Source: Candidatus Woesearchaeota archaeon
GTDB taxonomy: Archaea > Nanobdellota > Nanobdellia > SCGC-AAA011-G17 > PNOQ01
Length of the DNA: 64,000 nt
NCBI GenBank assembly: GCA_964393215.1
Contig: CAYMSW010000001.1
Location: 7,236-71,235 of the forward strand
Reading direction: 5' to 3'
The position numbers and the translations under genes were made by a program. This document shows, piece by piece, positions 8,632 to 18,465 of the stretch (within the stretch, counting starts at the first letter, position 1; each line of letters starts with the position of its first letter). The notes beneath the pieces were generated by a model. It ran no database searches. It worked only from the letters and a program-made list of their open reading frames with translations, and was not told where the DNA came from.

Positions 8632-9630
8632 ATGGGTGTAGCAATAACAGAATTACTACCAAAAAAAGAAATAGAAGTTAGTTCACTAGCAGGAAAAAAG
8701 TTAGCAGTAGATACTAGCAACGTTATATACCAATTTCTCTCATCAATAAGACAAATGGATGGAACTTCATTAATGGATTCTAAAGGAAGAGTAACTTCCC
8801 ACTTAATGGGCTTATCGACAAGAATACCTAACTTAATGGAACAAAATCTAAAACTCTGTTTCGTATTTGATGGAAAAGCTCCAAGAATGAAATTAAAAGA
8901 GCAACAAAACAGAGAAAACAGAAAGAAGAAAGCAGAGGAAAAATACGCAAAAGCATCAGAAGAAAGAGATGCAGAATCTATGCTAAAATACAGCAAACAG
9001 TTCATAAGAATGGACAAAAAAATTGTAGAAGAATCAAAAGAGTTCATACAAGCACTAGGATTACCAATCATCCAAGCACCATCTGAAGCGGAAGCACAGG
9101 CATCATTTATGGCAGAAAAAAAAGATGTTTATGCAGTAGTAAGTCAAGATACAGATTCATTAATTTATTCAACACCAAGAACAATAAGAAACCTAACTTC
9201 GTCTGGAAAAAGAAGGATAGGTGGATTATACGTTTCAGTAAAACCAGAGATGATAGAACTAAAGGAAACACTAAAAACACTAAAAATAAACCAAGATCAA
9301 TTACTTGCGCTTTCTATTTTAGTTGGAACCGATTATAATCCAAAAGGCGTAAAAGGAATAGGTCCCAAAACAGCCCTAAAACTTGTCAGAGAACACAAAA
9401 AGTTCGATAAGATCTTTTCCAATGTGGAAGCAGAGTTCAACTGGAAAGAGGTTTACGCCACATTCAAAAACATGCCAGTAATAAAGAATTACAAATTAAA
9501 GTGGACAGGGCCAGACCTAACAAAAATAGAAAAAATATTATCATCAAGAGAATTCTCAGAAGACAGAATTAACAAATTAATAGAAAGATTAAAAGGAAAA
9601 AAACAGAAAAGTTTAGATAAGTGGTTTTAA
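8632..9630 (+). CDS. fen: Flap endonuclease 1
   Basis: MGV N-terminus, AVDTSN, FVFDG, APSEAEAQ, SQDTDS, GTDYNP..GIGPKTA; C-terminal PIP box QKSLDKWF. Confidence 0.97.
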   Translation: MGVAITELLPKKEIEVSSLAGKKLAVDTSNVIYQFLSSIRQMDGTSLMDSKGRVTSHLMGLSTRIPNLMEQNLKLCFVFDGKAPRMKLKEQQNRENRKKKAEEKYAKASEERDAESMLKYSKQFIRMDKKIVEESKEFIQALGLPIIQAPSEAEAQASFMAEKKDVYAVVSQDTDSLIYSTPRTIRNLTSSGKRRIGGLYVSVKPEMIELKETLKTLKINQDQLLALSILVGTDYNPKGVKGIGPKTALKLVREHKKFDKIFSNVEAEFNWKEVYATFKNMPVIKNYKLKWTGPDLTKIEKILSSREFSEDRINKLIERLKGKKQKSLDKWF

Positions 9631-10254
9631 CTAAACGCCTCTAGCGTCAGCTTCATCTCTCTCGGCTTGTCTTGCAGCAGCTCTCCTCTCAGCATCATGT
9701 TTTGCAGCAGTAACTTTTGTACTCAAACTACCTTTAAACATCCACTCTCTAAGAGTCTTATTGAACAAAACAAAGATAATAACTAAAGCTAAAACACCAA
9801 GATAAATATACATCTGGACACCAGTAAGTAGATCACCACGCATACCAAAAACCAACTTATAGACTAACCAAGCACCAAAACTAATCCACAAAAAGTATTG
9901 CAGCACAACAGAAGAAGGACTAGGATGCTTCCCAATATCGTAAGTAAAATAAAAGATTATAGCTAAAGGTATGAATGCACCCAATGTGATACCTAAAGCA
10001 GTGTATGAAGCCAGCATAGTATATATTTCACCAGGCGTCAAATAAGCTACAGCCAAAAAAGCAACTAAAATAGAAAATATAACTCTCGTACCAGCCTTCT
10101 TATCTCCGCTAAGGAATGGAAGAAAATTAGAAGCAGAATATATAATTATGAAAATCAAAATCAAGAAAATGTACTTAGCTAGTTCAGGACCAATATCTCC
10201 AGTAACCCACCCTCCAGTAAAAAAGTCCAAAATTGGTTGAAATATATTTACCAT
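9631..10254 (-). CDS. Uncharacterised multi-pass membrane protein (paralog of 10269-11033)
   Basis: About 5 hydrophobic segments; shares AKY.F..L....IY and AFLA.AY.TP..IY motifs with its neighbour. Confidence 0.75.
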   Translation of the reverse strand: MVNIFQPILDFFTGGWVTGDIGPELAKYIFLILIFIIIYSASNFLPFLSGDKKAGTRVIFSILVAFLAVAYLTPGEIYTMLASYTALGITLGAFIPLAIIFYFTYDIGKHPSPSSVVLQYFLWISFGAWLVYKLVFGMRGDLLTGVQMYIYLGVLALVIIFVLFNKTLREWMFKGSLSTKVTAAKHDAERRAAARQAERDEADARGV

Positions 10255-10268
10255 CTTTTACTCACTTA

Positions 10269-11033
10269 TTATTTGCCTCCGCTACTAGACCTTCTATCAA
10301 GAATCCTGTCTGCTTTCTTGTCTTCAACCTCTTCCATAGCACCAATTCTATCTTCTCTCTTAAGTGCGGCCTCTTTTTTCTCACCAACAACAAAATTAAA
10401 GATCCTATCTCTAACTTGTTTATTGAAGAAAATCATGCCCAAAGACAAAATCAACCCAAATAAGAAGAACCAAAATTCCAAGCCACCAATAACACCACTA
10501 GACCAACCCCAAATTAGTTTATATAGTAACCATATACTAAACATAATCCATGCAGCATAGTTCATAAAAATTACAATAGGTGACGATTTATCTGCCTTCC
10601 TCGCAGCCATATAAGTAAAATAAAACAAAACAGAAAATGGAATAACGACAGCAACAGCAAAACCCATTGCCCCATAAGTAGACATCAAAATGTAAATATC
10701 TGCAGGGGTGAAATAAGCAGTAGCCAAAAAGGCAACGATAGCTGAAAAAATAATCCTAATACCACCCTTCTTAGCAAAAGGAATCACTCCAGCAACAGCA
10801 TATATAACTATCATTAACAAAAAGAAGAACAAATATTTAGCTATGTTTGGGCTCAACTGCCCTTCTTCCCAACTAGAAAACATATCTTTTATTGGATCAA
10901 AAACAGCATTGGCACCATTTGAAGCAGCCAATTGAACCGGGGTCTCATAAGCTGCACTAACAAAACTTGGAAGAACAAATGAACCAATAAATAAGACCAA
11001 AATCGAAAATAATAATAAATTCCTCTTTTTCAT
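10269..11033 (-). CDS. Uncharacterised multi-pass membrane protein with signal peptide (paralog of 9631-10254)
   Basis: MKKRNLLLF...VSA signal peptide, about 5 TM segments, charged C-terminal tail. Confidence 0.75.
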   Translation of the reverse strand: MKKRNLLLFSILVLFIGSFVLPSFVSAAYETPVQLAASNGANAVFDPIKDMFSSWEEGQLSPNIAKYLFFFLLMIVIYAVAGVIPFAKKGGIRIIFSAIVAFLATAYFTPADIYILMSTYGAMGFAVAVVIPFSVLFYFTYMAARKADKSSPIVIFMNYAAWIMFSIWLLYKLIWGWSSGVIGGLEFWFFLFGLILSLGMIFFNKQVRDRIFNFVVGEKKEAALKREDRIGAMEEVEDKKADRILDRRSSSGGK

Positions 11034-11096
11034 GATAAATCTAAATTACCCATATAGTATATAAATATTTTCATTCATTTATATTACCAACCAAGA

Positions 11097-11867
11097 ATGA
11101 AATTAACCAAAAAAGAACAGAAATTAGTGCCAAAATCCTTTGAAATAGTAGGAGATATCCTAATATTCGCAAATTTCCCAAAAGAGCTAAAAAAGAAAGA
11201 AAAACAAATAGCAAAAGAATTCCTAAGCAAACTAAAGCAAGTAAAAGTAGTTACAAAAAAAGCAAAAAACTTCTCTGGAAAATACAGGCTCCAAAAATTA
11301 AAAATCTTGGCAGGAGAAAGAAGAAAAAACACAATTCATAAAGAAAATGGGGTAATAATTAAAGTAAATCCGGAAAAAGCGTACTTCTCATCCAAATCAA
11401 GCACAGAAAGACTTAGAATTGCTAAACTAATAAAAAAAGATGAAACAGTCCTAACAATGTTCTCGGGAGTAGCACCTTATCCACTAACTATTGCAAAACA
11501 CTCCAAAGCAAAAGAAATCTATGGAATCGAATCAAATAAAGATGCACATGAATTGGGCCTCCAAAACGTAGCGCTAAACAAACTAAAAAACATTCTACTA
11601 TACAAAGGAGATGTAAAAAGAGTCCTACCAAAAATAAAGAAAAAGTTCGATAGAATAATTATGCCTCACCCATCAGATTCAGAAGCATACCTAACTCTAG
11701 CAAAATCAAAATTGAAACCAAAAGGAAAGATTCACATGTACATTTTCGAAAAAGAAGAAAACTTCAAAGAATTAAAGAAAAAATACAAAAAATACAAACC
11801 AAAAATAGTCAAAGCAGGTTCACCAGCACCAGGAAAATTCAGGGTCTGTCTAGATCTAAAGACCTAA
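11097..11867 (+). CDS. Trm5/Taw2-family SAM-dependent tRNA methyltransferase
   Basis: SFEIVGDI, HKENG, MFSGVAPY SAM-binding motif, FDRIIMP. Confidence 0.85.
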   Translation: MKLTKKEQKLVPKSFEIVGDILIFANFPKELKKKEKQIAKEFLSKLKQVKVVTKKAKNFSGKYRLQKLKILAGERRKNTIHKENGVIIKVNPEKAYFSSKSSTERLRIAKLIKKDETVLTMFSGVAPYPLTIAKHSKAKEIYGIESNKDAHELGLQNVALNKLKNILLYKGDVKRVLPKIKKKFDRIIMPHPSDSEAYLTLAKSKLKPKGKIHMYIFEKEENFKELKKKYKKYKPKIVKAGSPAPGKFRVCLDLKT

Positions 11868-13193
11868 CTCAACTAATTCTCTTCTAACTGGATGATAAGC
11901 AGAAGGAGCTTCACCACCATGCCAAGTAAATTTAGGTCTAACTTGCATAGGATATATTCTCTCAGAATTATCATCTAATATTATAGCAGCACCTTTAATT
12001 TTAGGTAAATTATTCAAATACTTATTAACATCAGATAAGATATAAGTCTGCATAATACTATTAAGAGCTTCAATATCTTTTCTAGCAGTAACTCTATGAC
12101 TAATTACAATATCAGATTGGGTAATAACATCCTTATGAATCTCCCCTGGCTGCTGCGTAGCCAAAACCATAGAAATTCCAGGTTGCCTACCCTCTCTAAG
12201 TAACTGCACCAAAGCATCACTGGCAGCAGTCTTACCTTCTTTCGGCAAGAACTCGTGAGCTTCATCCAACATCAACCAAACAAGAGGCATTTCTTCCTGT
12301 TTATTTTCTTCTTCAAAACCAAATAAACTAGTTCCGCTCTTAATTCTCTGTAGCTCTTCCAACTTTCTAGCAGCCATTCTCTCAGACAATAATTTCCTAC
12401 TAACCAAACCAGTAACCAAAGTTTTTATTCCCCAAGCTCCAGAAACATGACTATAACAACTTGTGTCCAAAACACTAACTCTGCCTCTTTTCAAGAGATC
12501 CCTAATCTCGGTTCCCTTCTTACTAAACAATCCCCACGCACTAGCAGCAGAAAATAAATTTGTAGCAGCATCTCTAACACTCTTCTCAAAACTCCTGTCT
12601 TTTCCAATTCCTTTAATTATATCTTCAATATCATAGCTCTTTCTTCTCTCTTGCAGACCAGAAACAACTTTTTCAATTGCAATTCCAATTGGATCCATCA
12701 AATCAACACCAAAAACATTGACCCAATCCCCAGCATTCAACTCAGAAGTTTTAATAGAGAAGGAATAATCTGCTAAAATACCTTTTTTCTTATACTCTTC
12801 AAAAAATCCCTCTGGAATGTAAACATCAACAGTATCCAATTTCCTTGGCCTCATATTCCATTTGCTCAACAATCTCTCTTCTTTATCATTAGAATATTTC
12901 ATAGTCCAAAAAACACCCATAGTATCAAAAATAACAACACTCAAATTCTGAGAAACTTCTTTAGGCAAGTTAGAAATCTCCTCAGCAATAACGGACAATG
13001 AATAACTCTTTCCAGAACCCCTTTTACCAGATACCAAAATAACATGAGATTTAGCAACATCCAACAAAATATTACTACTCATGGAAGTGGCTTGTCCCAT
13101 TTTTACATAATGCCTACCTAAGAAAACAGCAGCTTTATCGCCAAACTTCCGTTTATCACCTTCAGTCCTACCAAGAACAATGTTTCTATCCAT
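11856..13193 (-). CDS. HerA/FtsK-like P-loop ATPase (DUF87 type)
   Basis: GKRGSGKS Walker A, LDEAHEF Walker B, REGRQPG, LATQQP. Confidence 0.88.
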   Translation of the reverse strand: MDRNIVLGRTEGDKRKFGDKAAVFLGRHYVKMGQATSMSSNILLDVAKSHVILVSGKRGSGKSYSLSVIAEEISNLPKEVSQNLSVVIFDTMGVFWTMKYSNDKEERLLSKWNMRPRKLDTVDVYIPEGFFEEYKKKGILADYSFSIKTSELNAGDWVNVFGVDLMDPIGIAIEKVVSGLQERRKSYDIEDIIKGIGKDRSFEKSVRDAATNLFSAASAWGLFSKKGTEIRDLLKRGRVSVLDTSCYSHVSGAWGIKTLVTGLVSRKLLSERMAARKLEELQRIKSGTSLFGFEEENKQEEMPLVWLMLDEAHEFLPKEGKTAASDALVQLLREGRQPGISMVLATQQPGEIHKDVITQSDIVISHRVTARKDIEALNSIMQTYILSDVNKYLNNLPKIKGAAIILDDNSERIYPMQVRPKFTWHGGEAPSAYHPVRRELVELGL

Positions 13194-13227
13194 ACTACCA
13201 AAGAATTTTACGTTCTTAAATAATTTG

Positions 13228-13908
13228 CTATCTCTTAATCCTATTTCTTAAAAGCCAATATCCAACGAAGAATAGAGCAAATAAAATAATCTTGAAAATT
13301 AGAATTGAATAAACAAATGAGCTAGATTGAACCTTCATGAGGTTTGCTCCTGCATATGAATAAATTAGAAGATAAGGGATAAATCCAAAAAAAGTTGCGG
13401 CAATATACTTCTTATATTTAATCTTTGCAGCCCCGGCAGCATAACTTACCAAATCAAAATAAACACCAAGATATCTTAAGAGAAATACCAATCCAAACCC
13501 GTGCTTCTTTATGTATCTTCTATAGAACTTAATTTTCCCCTGTTTTTTCTTTCGGAAAAAAGGCTTTCCTATTTTTCTCCCTAGTACAAAATTAATTGTT
13601 CCAGAAATTACTTCAATCAACAAAGAAACAACGACACCCCAATAAAAACCAAATACCATACCGGCTGTAAATACAAAAATCCAGGAAGGAAGCAAGAAAA
13701 GATTAGCAACAACATATATTGCTAAAAAAACAAGAAGAGAATAAACTCCAAAACTATCAAAAAAAGCCTTCAAATTAGCAGGAGCAGTTGTAAAAAACCA
13801 ATCATTTATCTCGCCCAAAAGAAGAACAAGAAGAGTAAAAACAAATACCCCAAGAAGTATTTTAACTACATGCTTCTTTAGTTCTCTTTTAAGATGAATC
13901 ATTTGCAA
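13228..13908 (-). CDS. DedA/TVP38 (VTT domain) membrane protein
   Basis: AGMVFGFYWG, FLLRY..YFDLVSYAAG, ATFFG.IP motifs. Confidence 0.85.
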   Translation of the reverse strand: MQMIHLKRELKKHVVKILLGVFVFTLLVLLLGEINDWFFTTAPANLKAFFDSFGVYSLLVFLAIYVVANLFLLPSWIFVFTAGMVFGFYWGVVVSLLIEVISGTINFVLGRKIGKPFFRKKKQGKIKFYRRYIKKHGFGLVFLLRYLGVYFDLVSYAAGAAKIKYKKYIAATFFGFIPYLLIYSYAGANLMKVQSSSFVYSILIFKIILFALFFVGYWLLRNRIKR

Positions 13909-14548
13909 ACCCCTTAACTCCTTTTAACAAATTCCTCTTTCTAATAATGAACACAAATATCAATAACAAAATAAATGTAGAAACACCTACATAAGTTACT
14001 AATTTTTGATATGGGAAAGTTCCCAAATAAGCAATTGGCAATGAAAATATCAAAACTCCCAAATAAGTAGCAAGCAGATATTTTCTTTTTCCAATATGTA
14101 GAAACAACCCGGTAGCATAACCAACAATTCCAACCTGCCCAATCGATCTCAACAAAACAAGACCCCAAAAAATATTCCCCCTTGGAATATGTCTTTCAAC
14201 TTCATTAACTTTTTCCATAGAAACAAATTTTTTAACGATTGGAACTCCCCATTTTTTAGCAATAAGATAATTACAGAAACCGCCAAGTGTCCACCCAACA
14301 GATAATAGAAACCAAGTGTCCACCCAGCCCCATAAACTAGTTGCTAAAGGAAGCAAAGGAATTGCACTTATTGGAGTAACAATAACTGAAATAATCAAAA
14401 AAACAACAAAAAGCAGAATTCCTGCAGGACCATTGCCAATATTACTCTCAAACCAAACCTTATTGGATTGAACAATATAAGATACAACTAAGAACAAACC
14501 AGCTAAAAACAAAAATTCCAAAAAGTAACCAAGATTCTTATTCATCAA
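13889..14548 (-). CDS. DedA/TVP38 (VTT domain) membrane protein
   Basis: GWTLGG..NY.IA, LLR, YLLATYLG motifs; tandem with the adjacent VTT gene. Confidence 0.8.
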   Translation of the reverse strand: MMNKNLGYFLEFLFLAGLFLVVSYIVQSNKVWFESNIGNGPAGILLFVVFLIISVIVTPISAIPLLPLATSLWGWVDTWFLLSVGWTLGGFCNYLIAKKWGVPIVKKFVSMEKVNEVERHIPRGNIFWGLVLLRSIGQVGIVGYATGLFLHIGKRKYLLATYLGVLIFSLPIAYLGTFPYQKLVTYVGVSTFILLLIFVFIIRKRNLLKGVKGFANDSS

Positions 14549-14596
14549 ATAATAATTAAACGTAATACTTTTAAAACTACTTTTTTTACCAAATTT

Positions 14597-15055
14597 ATGA
14601 CAAAGATTGAAGATATCCCATATTCACAAAGAATAGTGTTATTACCACAGTGTTTGAGGAGCAATAGTTGCACATCTAAAAGAGGAGAATATGGAGTTCT
14701 TTTTTGCGGAGAATGTGAACAAGAAAGAGATGACGGATTAATCTGTCCAATATCAGATATGACTTCGGTTGCATTAGAAGTTGGATATGAGGGGGTATAT
14801 ACTTTCGCAGGTGGGAGAGGCATAAGAGAATTTCTACTTTCAAAAAAAGGGGAAATCAGAGCAATATTAGCAGTTGCTTGCAACCCAGAGATTAGAGAGG
14901 GAGTAGAGATGCTGGCCGAAACAGGGATTTTTCATCAAGTAGAACATTTAAGAACAGAAGGGTGTGCAGAAACAACACTTTTTTCCAATCCAGGTAACTT
15001 TAATAAAGAATGGGAGAGAATATTAACAAGATATCCGCCACAAAATGGAAACTAA
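14597..15055 (+). CDS. DUF116-like Cys-rich protein
   Basis: LLPQCLR..C, CGEC, CPI, FAGG, LAVAC..E, GC..T pattern. Confidence 0.7.
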   Translation: MTKIEDIPYSQRIVLLPQCLRSNSCTSKRGEYGVLFCGECEQERDDGLICPISDMTSVALEVGYEGVYTFAGGRGIREFLLSKKGEIRAILAVACNPEIREGVEMLAETGIFHQVEHLRTEGCAETTLFSNPGNFNKEWERILTRYPPQNGN

Positions 15056-15719
15056 AACAATCAGAGGAATAAAAACAATATTCGTACATGCAAAATCAGA
15101 AATAGATTTGTCTGAAAAAGATTTCAACAAAATAAAGATAAAAGAAAACAAAATAGGATTGGTCCACACAGCACAAACCCAAGATATAATAAAAAAGATA
15201 CAAGATTTTCTAAAAAAACAAAAGAAAGAAGTTCACATTGCAGGACAAATAGTTGGTTGTAATGCAACAAACGCCATAAAAATAAAAGATAAAGTAGAAG
15301 CATTTCTTTTCATAGGATCGGGAATGTTCCATCCAATTGAATTAATAGAAAAAACAAAGATAAGGAAATATTACCAATTTAACCCATCACTAAAATCATT
15401 TTCAAAAATAGATGAAACAGAAATAAAACAGCTAGAAAAAAGAAAACAGGCAAAACTAGCCAAATATTTCTCAGCAGAAAGAATAGGAATTGTAGTAACA
15501 ACAAAACCAGGACAAGAGCAACTAAGCCTAGCAAAGTCATTCGCAAAAAAATGCGGAAAAGAAGCATACATTTTTTTAGATAATCATATTGATGTAAATA
15601 AGCTAGAGGACTTCCCAGACATAGAATTCTGGGTAAACACTGGATGCCCAAGACTTGAAGAAAAAGGAGTTATAGCTTTGAAAGATATAATAAATGCCAA
15701 AAGCTATAAAAACAATTGA
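15045..15719 (+). CDS. dph2: Short diphthamide synthesis Dph2-like protein
   Basis: GQIVGCN, GSGMFHP, TKPGQ, NTGCPRL motifs; N-terminal domain missing. Confidence 0.82.
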   Translation: METKTIRGIKTIFVHAKSEIDLSEKDFNKIKIKENKIGLVHTAQTQDIIKKIQDFLKKQKKEVHIAGQIVGCNATNAIKIKDKVEAFLFIGSGMFHPIELIEKTKIRKYYQFNPSLKSFSKIDETEIKQLEKRKQAKLAKYFSAERIGIVVTTKPGQEQLSLAKSFAKKCGKEAYIFLDNHIDVNKLEDFPDIEFWVNTGCPRLEEKGVIALKDIINAKSYKNN

Positions 15720-15735
15720 TTCTACTTCTGTAAAT

Positions 15736-17196
15736 ATGAAAATAGAAGACAAAGCTATGGATTTGGCAAAAAGAAGAGGTTTCATTTGGGGACCAAGTCC
15801 AAATATATATCACGGAGGAGTTTCAGGTTTCTATGATTGGGGACCATTAGGAAAACTTCTAAAAAATAAAATAGAAAACATAATCAGAAAAGGATTTCTT
15901 TATCACAGTTTTTGGGAAGTAGAGTGTCCAACAATAATGCCTGGAAAAGTTTGGGAAGCATCAGGACATTTAGATGGATTTGTAGATCCAGTAGTTAAAT
16001 GTAAAAAATGTGAATCTGCATTCAGAGTTGATAACCTAATAAAAGAAAAATATCCAAATGAAAATGTTGATGGACTTACATTCACTCAACTAAAAAAACT
16101 AATTGAAAAAAAGAAAGTTAAATGCCCCTCGTGCAAAGGAAACTTGGGAGAAGTAGAATCCTATAACCTAATGATGCGAACAACAATAGGTTTGAATCAA
16201 GAAGCATATCTAAGGCCAGAGACAGCAACAACAACCTACTTACTATTTCCAGAATATTACAGATTTTTCAGAACAAAAATGCCATTTGGAGTTTTTCAAA
16301 TAGGAAAAGCATATAGAAATGAAATCTCACCAAGGCAAGGAGTTTTCAGAACAAGAGAATTTACACAAGCAGAAGGACAAATGTTCTTACTAAAGGAGCA
16401 CTTCAATAAATTTGAAAAGTTTGATGAAGAAAAAAACGAAGTTCTACCACTGCTCCCATACAAAAAGAAACTACAAAAAGTAAAGCTAAAAGATGCAGTA
16501 ACAAAGAAAATATTCAAAAAGAAATCTTACGCATGGACAGTCTATGCAGCATACGACATTGTAACTAAAATAGGATTCCCAAGCAATAAAATAAGAATTA
16601 GACAACACAATCCGAAAGAACTAGCACATTACGCTGAAGATGCATGGGACATAGAAATTAAAACAGAAAGATTCGGCTGGTTCGAAATCTGTGGAGTGCA
16701 TGACAGAAAAGACTATGATCTAAAAAGACATGCAGAACATTCTAAAACAAAATTCGCAGTTGGAAATGAAACACCAAACATTCTAGAAATAGCATTTGGA
16801 ATAGAAAGGCCAACATACTGCTTACTAGAAGAATCTCTAAGGGGAGACAAAAAAAGAGATTGGCTATATTTCCCACCGGGAGTAGCACCAATCGATGTAG
16901 CAATATTCCCTCTAGTAAAGAAAGACAACTTACCAAAACTAGCTAAAGAAATCTTCGAAGACTTAGATAAGGAATTCGTTTGCATTTATGATGAATCAGG
17001 AAGCATAGGAAGAAGATACAGAAGAATGGATGAAATAGGAACAACACTATGTATAACAATAGATCACGATAGCTTAGAAGACAATTCAGTAACTCTAAGA
17101 GAAGTTTCAACAATGAAACAAATAAGAGTAGATGTCAAAGAATTAAAGGATACTGTAAGGAATATACTCTATAACGGCCTAAAATTTGGTAAATAA
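15736..17196 (+). CDS. glyS: Glycyl-tRNA synthetase (alpha2, archaeal/eukaryotic type)
   Basis: WEASGH, LRPETA, GKAYRNEISPRQG..RTREFTQAE, anticodon-binding GSIGRRYRRMDEIG; start 15736 preferred. Confidence 0.95.
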   Translation: MKIEDKAMDLAKRRGFIWGPSPNIYHGGVSGFYDWGPLGKLLKNKIENIIRKGFLYHSFWEVECPTIMPGKVWEASGHLDGFVDPVVKCKKCESAFRVDNLIKEKYPNENVDGLTFTQLKKLIEKKKVKCPSCKGNLGEVESYNLMMRTTIGLNQEAYLRPETATTTYLLFPEYYRFFRTKMPFGVFQIGKAYRNEISPRQGVFRTREFTQAEGQMFLLKEHFNKFEKFDEEKNEVLPLLPYKKKLQKVKLKDAVTKKIFKKKSYAWTVYAAYDIVTKIGFPSNKIRIRQHNPKELAHYAEDAWDIEIKTERFGWFEICGVHDRKDYDLKRHAEHSKTKFAVGNETPNILEIAFGIERPTYCLLEESLRGDKKRDWLYFPPGVAPIDVAIFPLVKKDNLPKLAKEIFEDLDKEFVCIYDESGSIGRRYRRMDEIGTTLCITIDHDSLEDNSVTLREVSTMKQIRVDVKELKDTVRNILYNGLKFGK

Positions 17197-17277
17197 TTCT
17201 ATCATAAAGCTTATATATGAAATAATTAACTATTGTTAAAACCATTTTTCTAAAAAGCTTTTTAGGAGGAATATATA

Positions 17278-17961
17278 ATGTCAGATGGTGAAATAAAAAA
17301 AGATAAAGTAACTGTAAAAAAAGCAACGTTGTGGAAAGTCGCAGTTGCAATATTGGCTGTCGTTCTAGTATTCAATTGGATGACTGGAGACGATGAAGGA
17401 ACGAGTAACAATGGAGAAGCAAAACTAGCACCAACTATAAGTGCTGAAGACTACATTGATGATGACCCAATGATTGGAGATCCAGATGCACCAATAACAA
17501 TAGTGGAATTTTCTGATTTTCAGTGCTCTTTCTGTAAAAGATTTAGAACACAAACATTCGATCAATTAAAAGAAGAGTACATTGACACTGGAAAAGCAAA
17601 GTTAGTATACAGAGATTTCCCATTACATAGCATACACCCGCATGCACAAAAAGCAGCAGAAGCAGCAGAATGTGCAGAAGATCAAGGAATGTTCTGGGAG
17701 TATCATGATCTATTGTTTGAAAACCAAGGAGAATTAGCAATTGACGACTTGAAACTATATGCAAGCAGAAGCGGATTAGACACAACACAGTTCAATGAAT
17801 GTCTAGATTCTGGAAAATATGCAAGCGAAGTTGGAAAAGATCTGAGCGATGGACAGAAAGCAGGTGCAAGAGGAACGCCTTACTTTATAGTGGGCAACAC
17901 AGTGCTAAGCGGTGCACAACCGTTCCAAAACTTTAAAGCTGCAATAGATGCACAGCTTTAA
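17278..17961 (+). CDS. Membrane-anchored DsbA-family thioredoxin-fold protein
   Basis: N-terminal TM, EFSDFQCSFC, RDFPL, GTP cis-Pro motif; GGAGG RBS upstream; T-rich terminator after stop. Confidence 0.9.
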   Translation: MSDGEIKKDKVTVKKATLWKVAVAILAVVLVFNWMTGDDEGTSNNGEAKLAPTISAEDYIDDDPMIGDPDAPITIVEFSDFQCSFCKRFRTQTFDQLKEEYIDTGKAKLVYRDFPLHSIHPHAQKAAEAAECAEDQGMFWEYHDLLFENQGELAIDDLKLYASRSGLDTTQFNECLDSGKYASEVGKDLSDGQKAGARGTPYFIVGNTVLSGAQPFQNFKAAIDAQL

Positions 17962-17991
17962 GTACTTCTTTTTTTCTTTTCTTTTTTGAAA

Positions 17992-18465
17992 ATGTCAAGA
18001 CTAAATAACTTAAAAAGCTCAATAACAACAAAACCTTATTCATACATTTTCATAATCTCAACAATAATATACTTAGCAATAAATACCTATCTAAATCAGC
18101 TTTACATTTCCTTAGAAAACGTATTATCATACAATTTATATTTCATAGTTCCATTCATAGCATTAACATTACTTGTATCTTTGTTAGTTGGAGCAAATAT
18201 TAGCTTAGCAGTAATAAAAATAAGAGAATTAAAACAAATAAGTAAAGCAAGCGGGCTTACACTGGTAGGAACATTTGGAGGAATACTTGGTGGGGCCTGT
18301 CCCGGATGCTTCGTTGGATTATTTCCAGCATTCCTAGGTTTATTCGGAGCAACAGCAACATTAGGAAATCTTCCATTATATGGGATCGAAATCCAACTGA
18401 TATCAGCAGGATTACTATTAATTTCACTATTCTTACTAACAAAGGATACTACGTGCAAAGTATAA
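17992..18465 (+). CDS. Uncharacterised membrane protein with CxxC (GACPGC)
   Basis: About 4 TM segments, GACPGC and a C-terminal Cys; follows the DsbA gene. Confidence 0.7.
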   Translation: MSRLNNLKSSITTKPYSYIFIISTIIYLAINTYLNQLYISLENVLSYNLYFIVPFIALTLLVSLLVGANISLAVIKIRELKQISKASGLTLVGTFGGILGGACPGCFVGLFPAFLGLFGATATLGNLPLYGIEIQLISAGLLLISLFLLTKDTTCKV

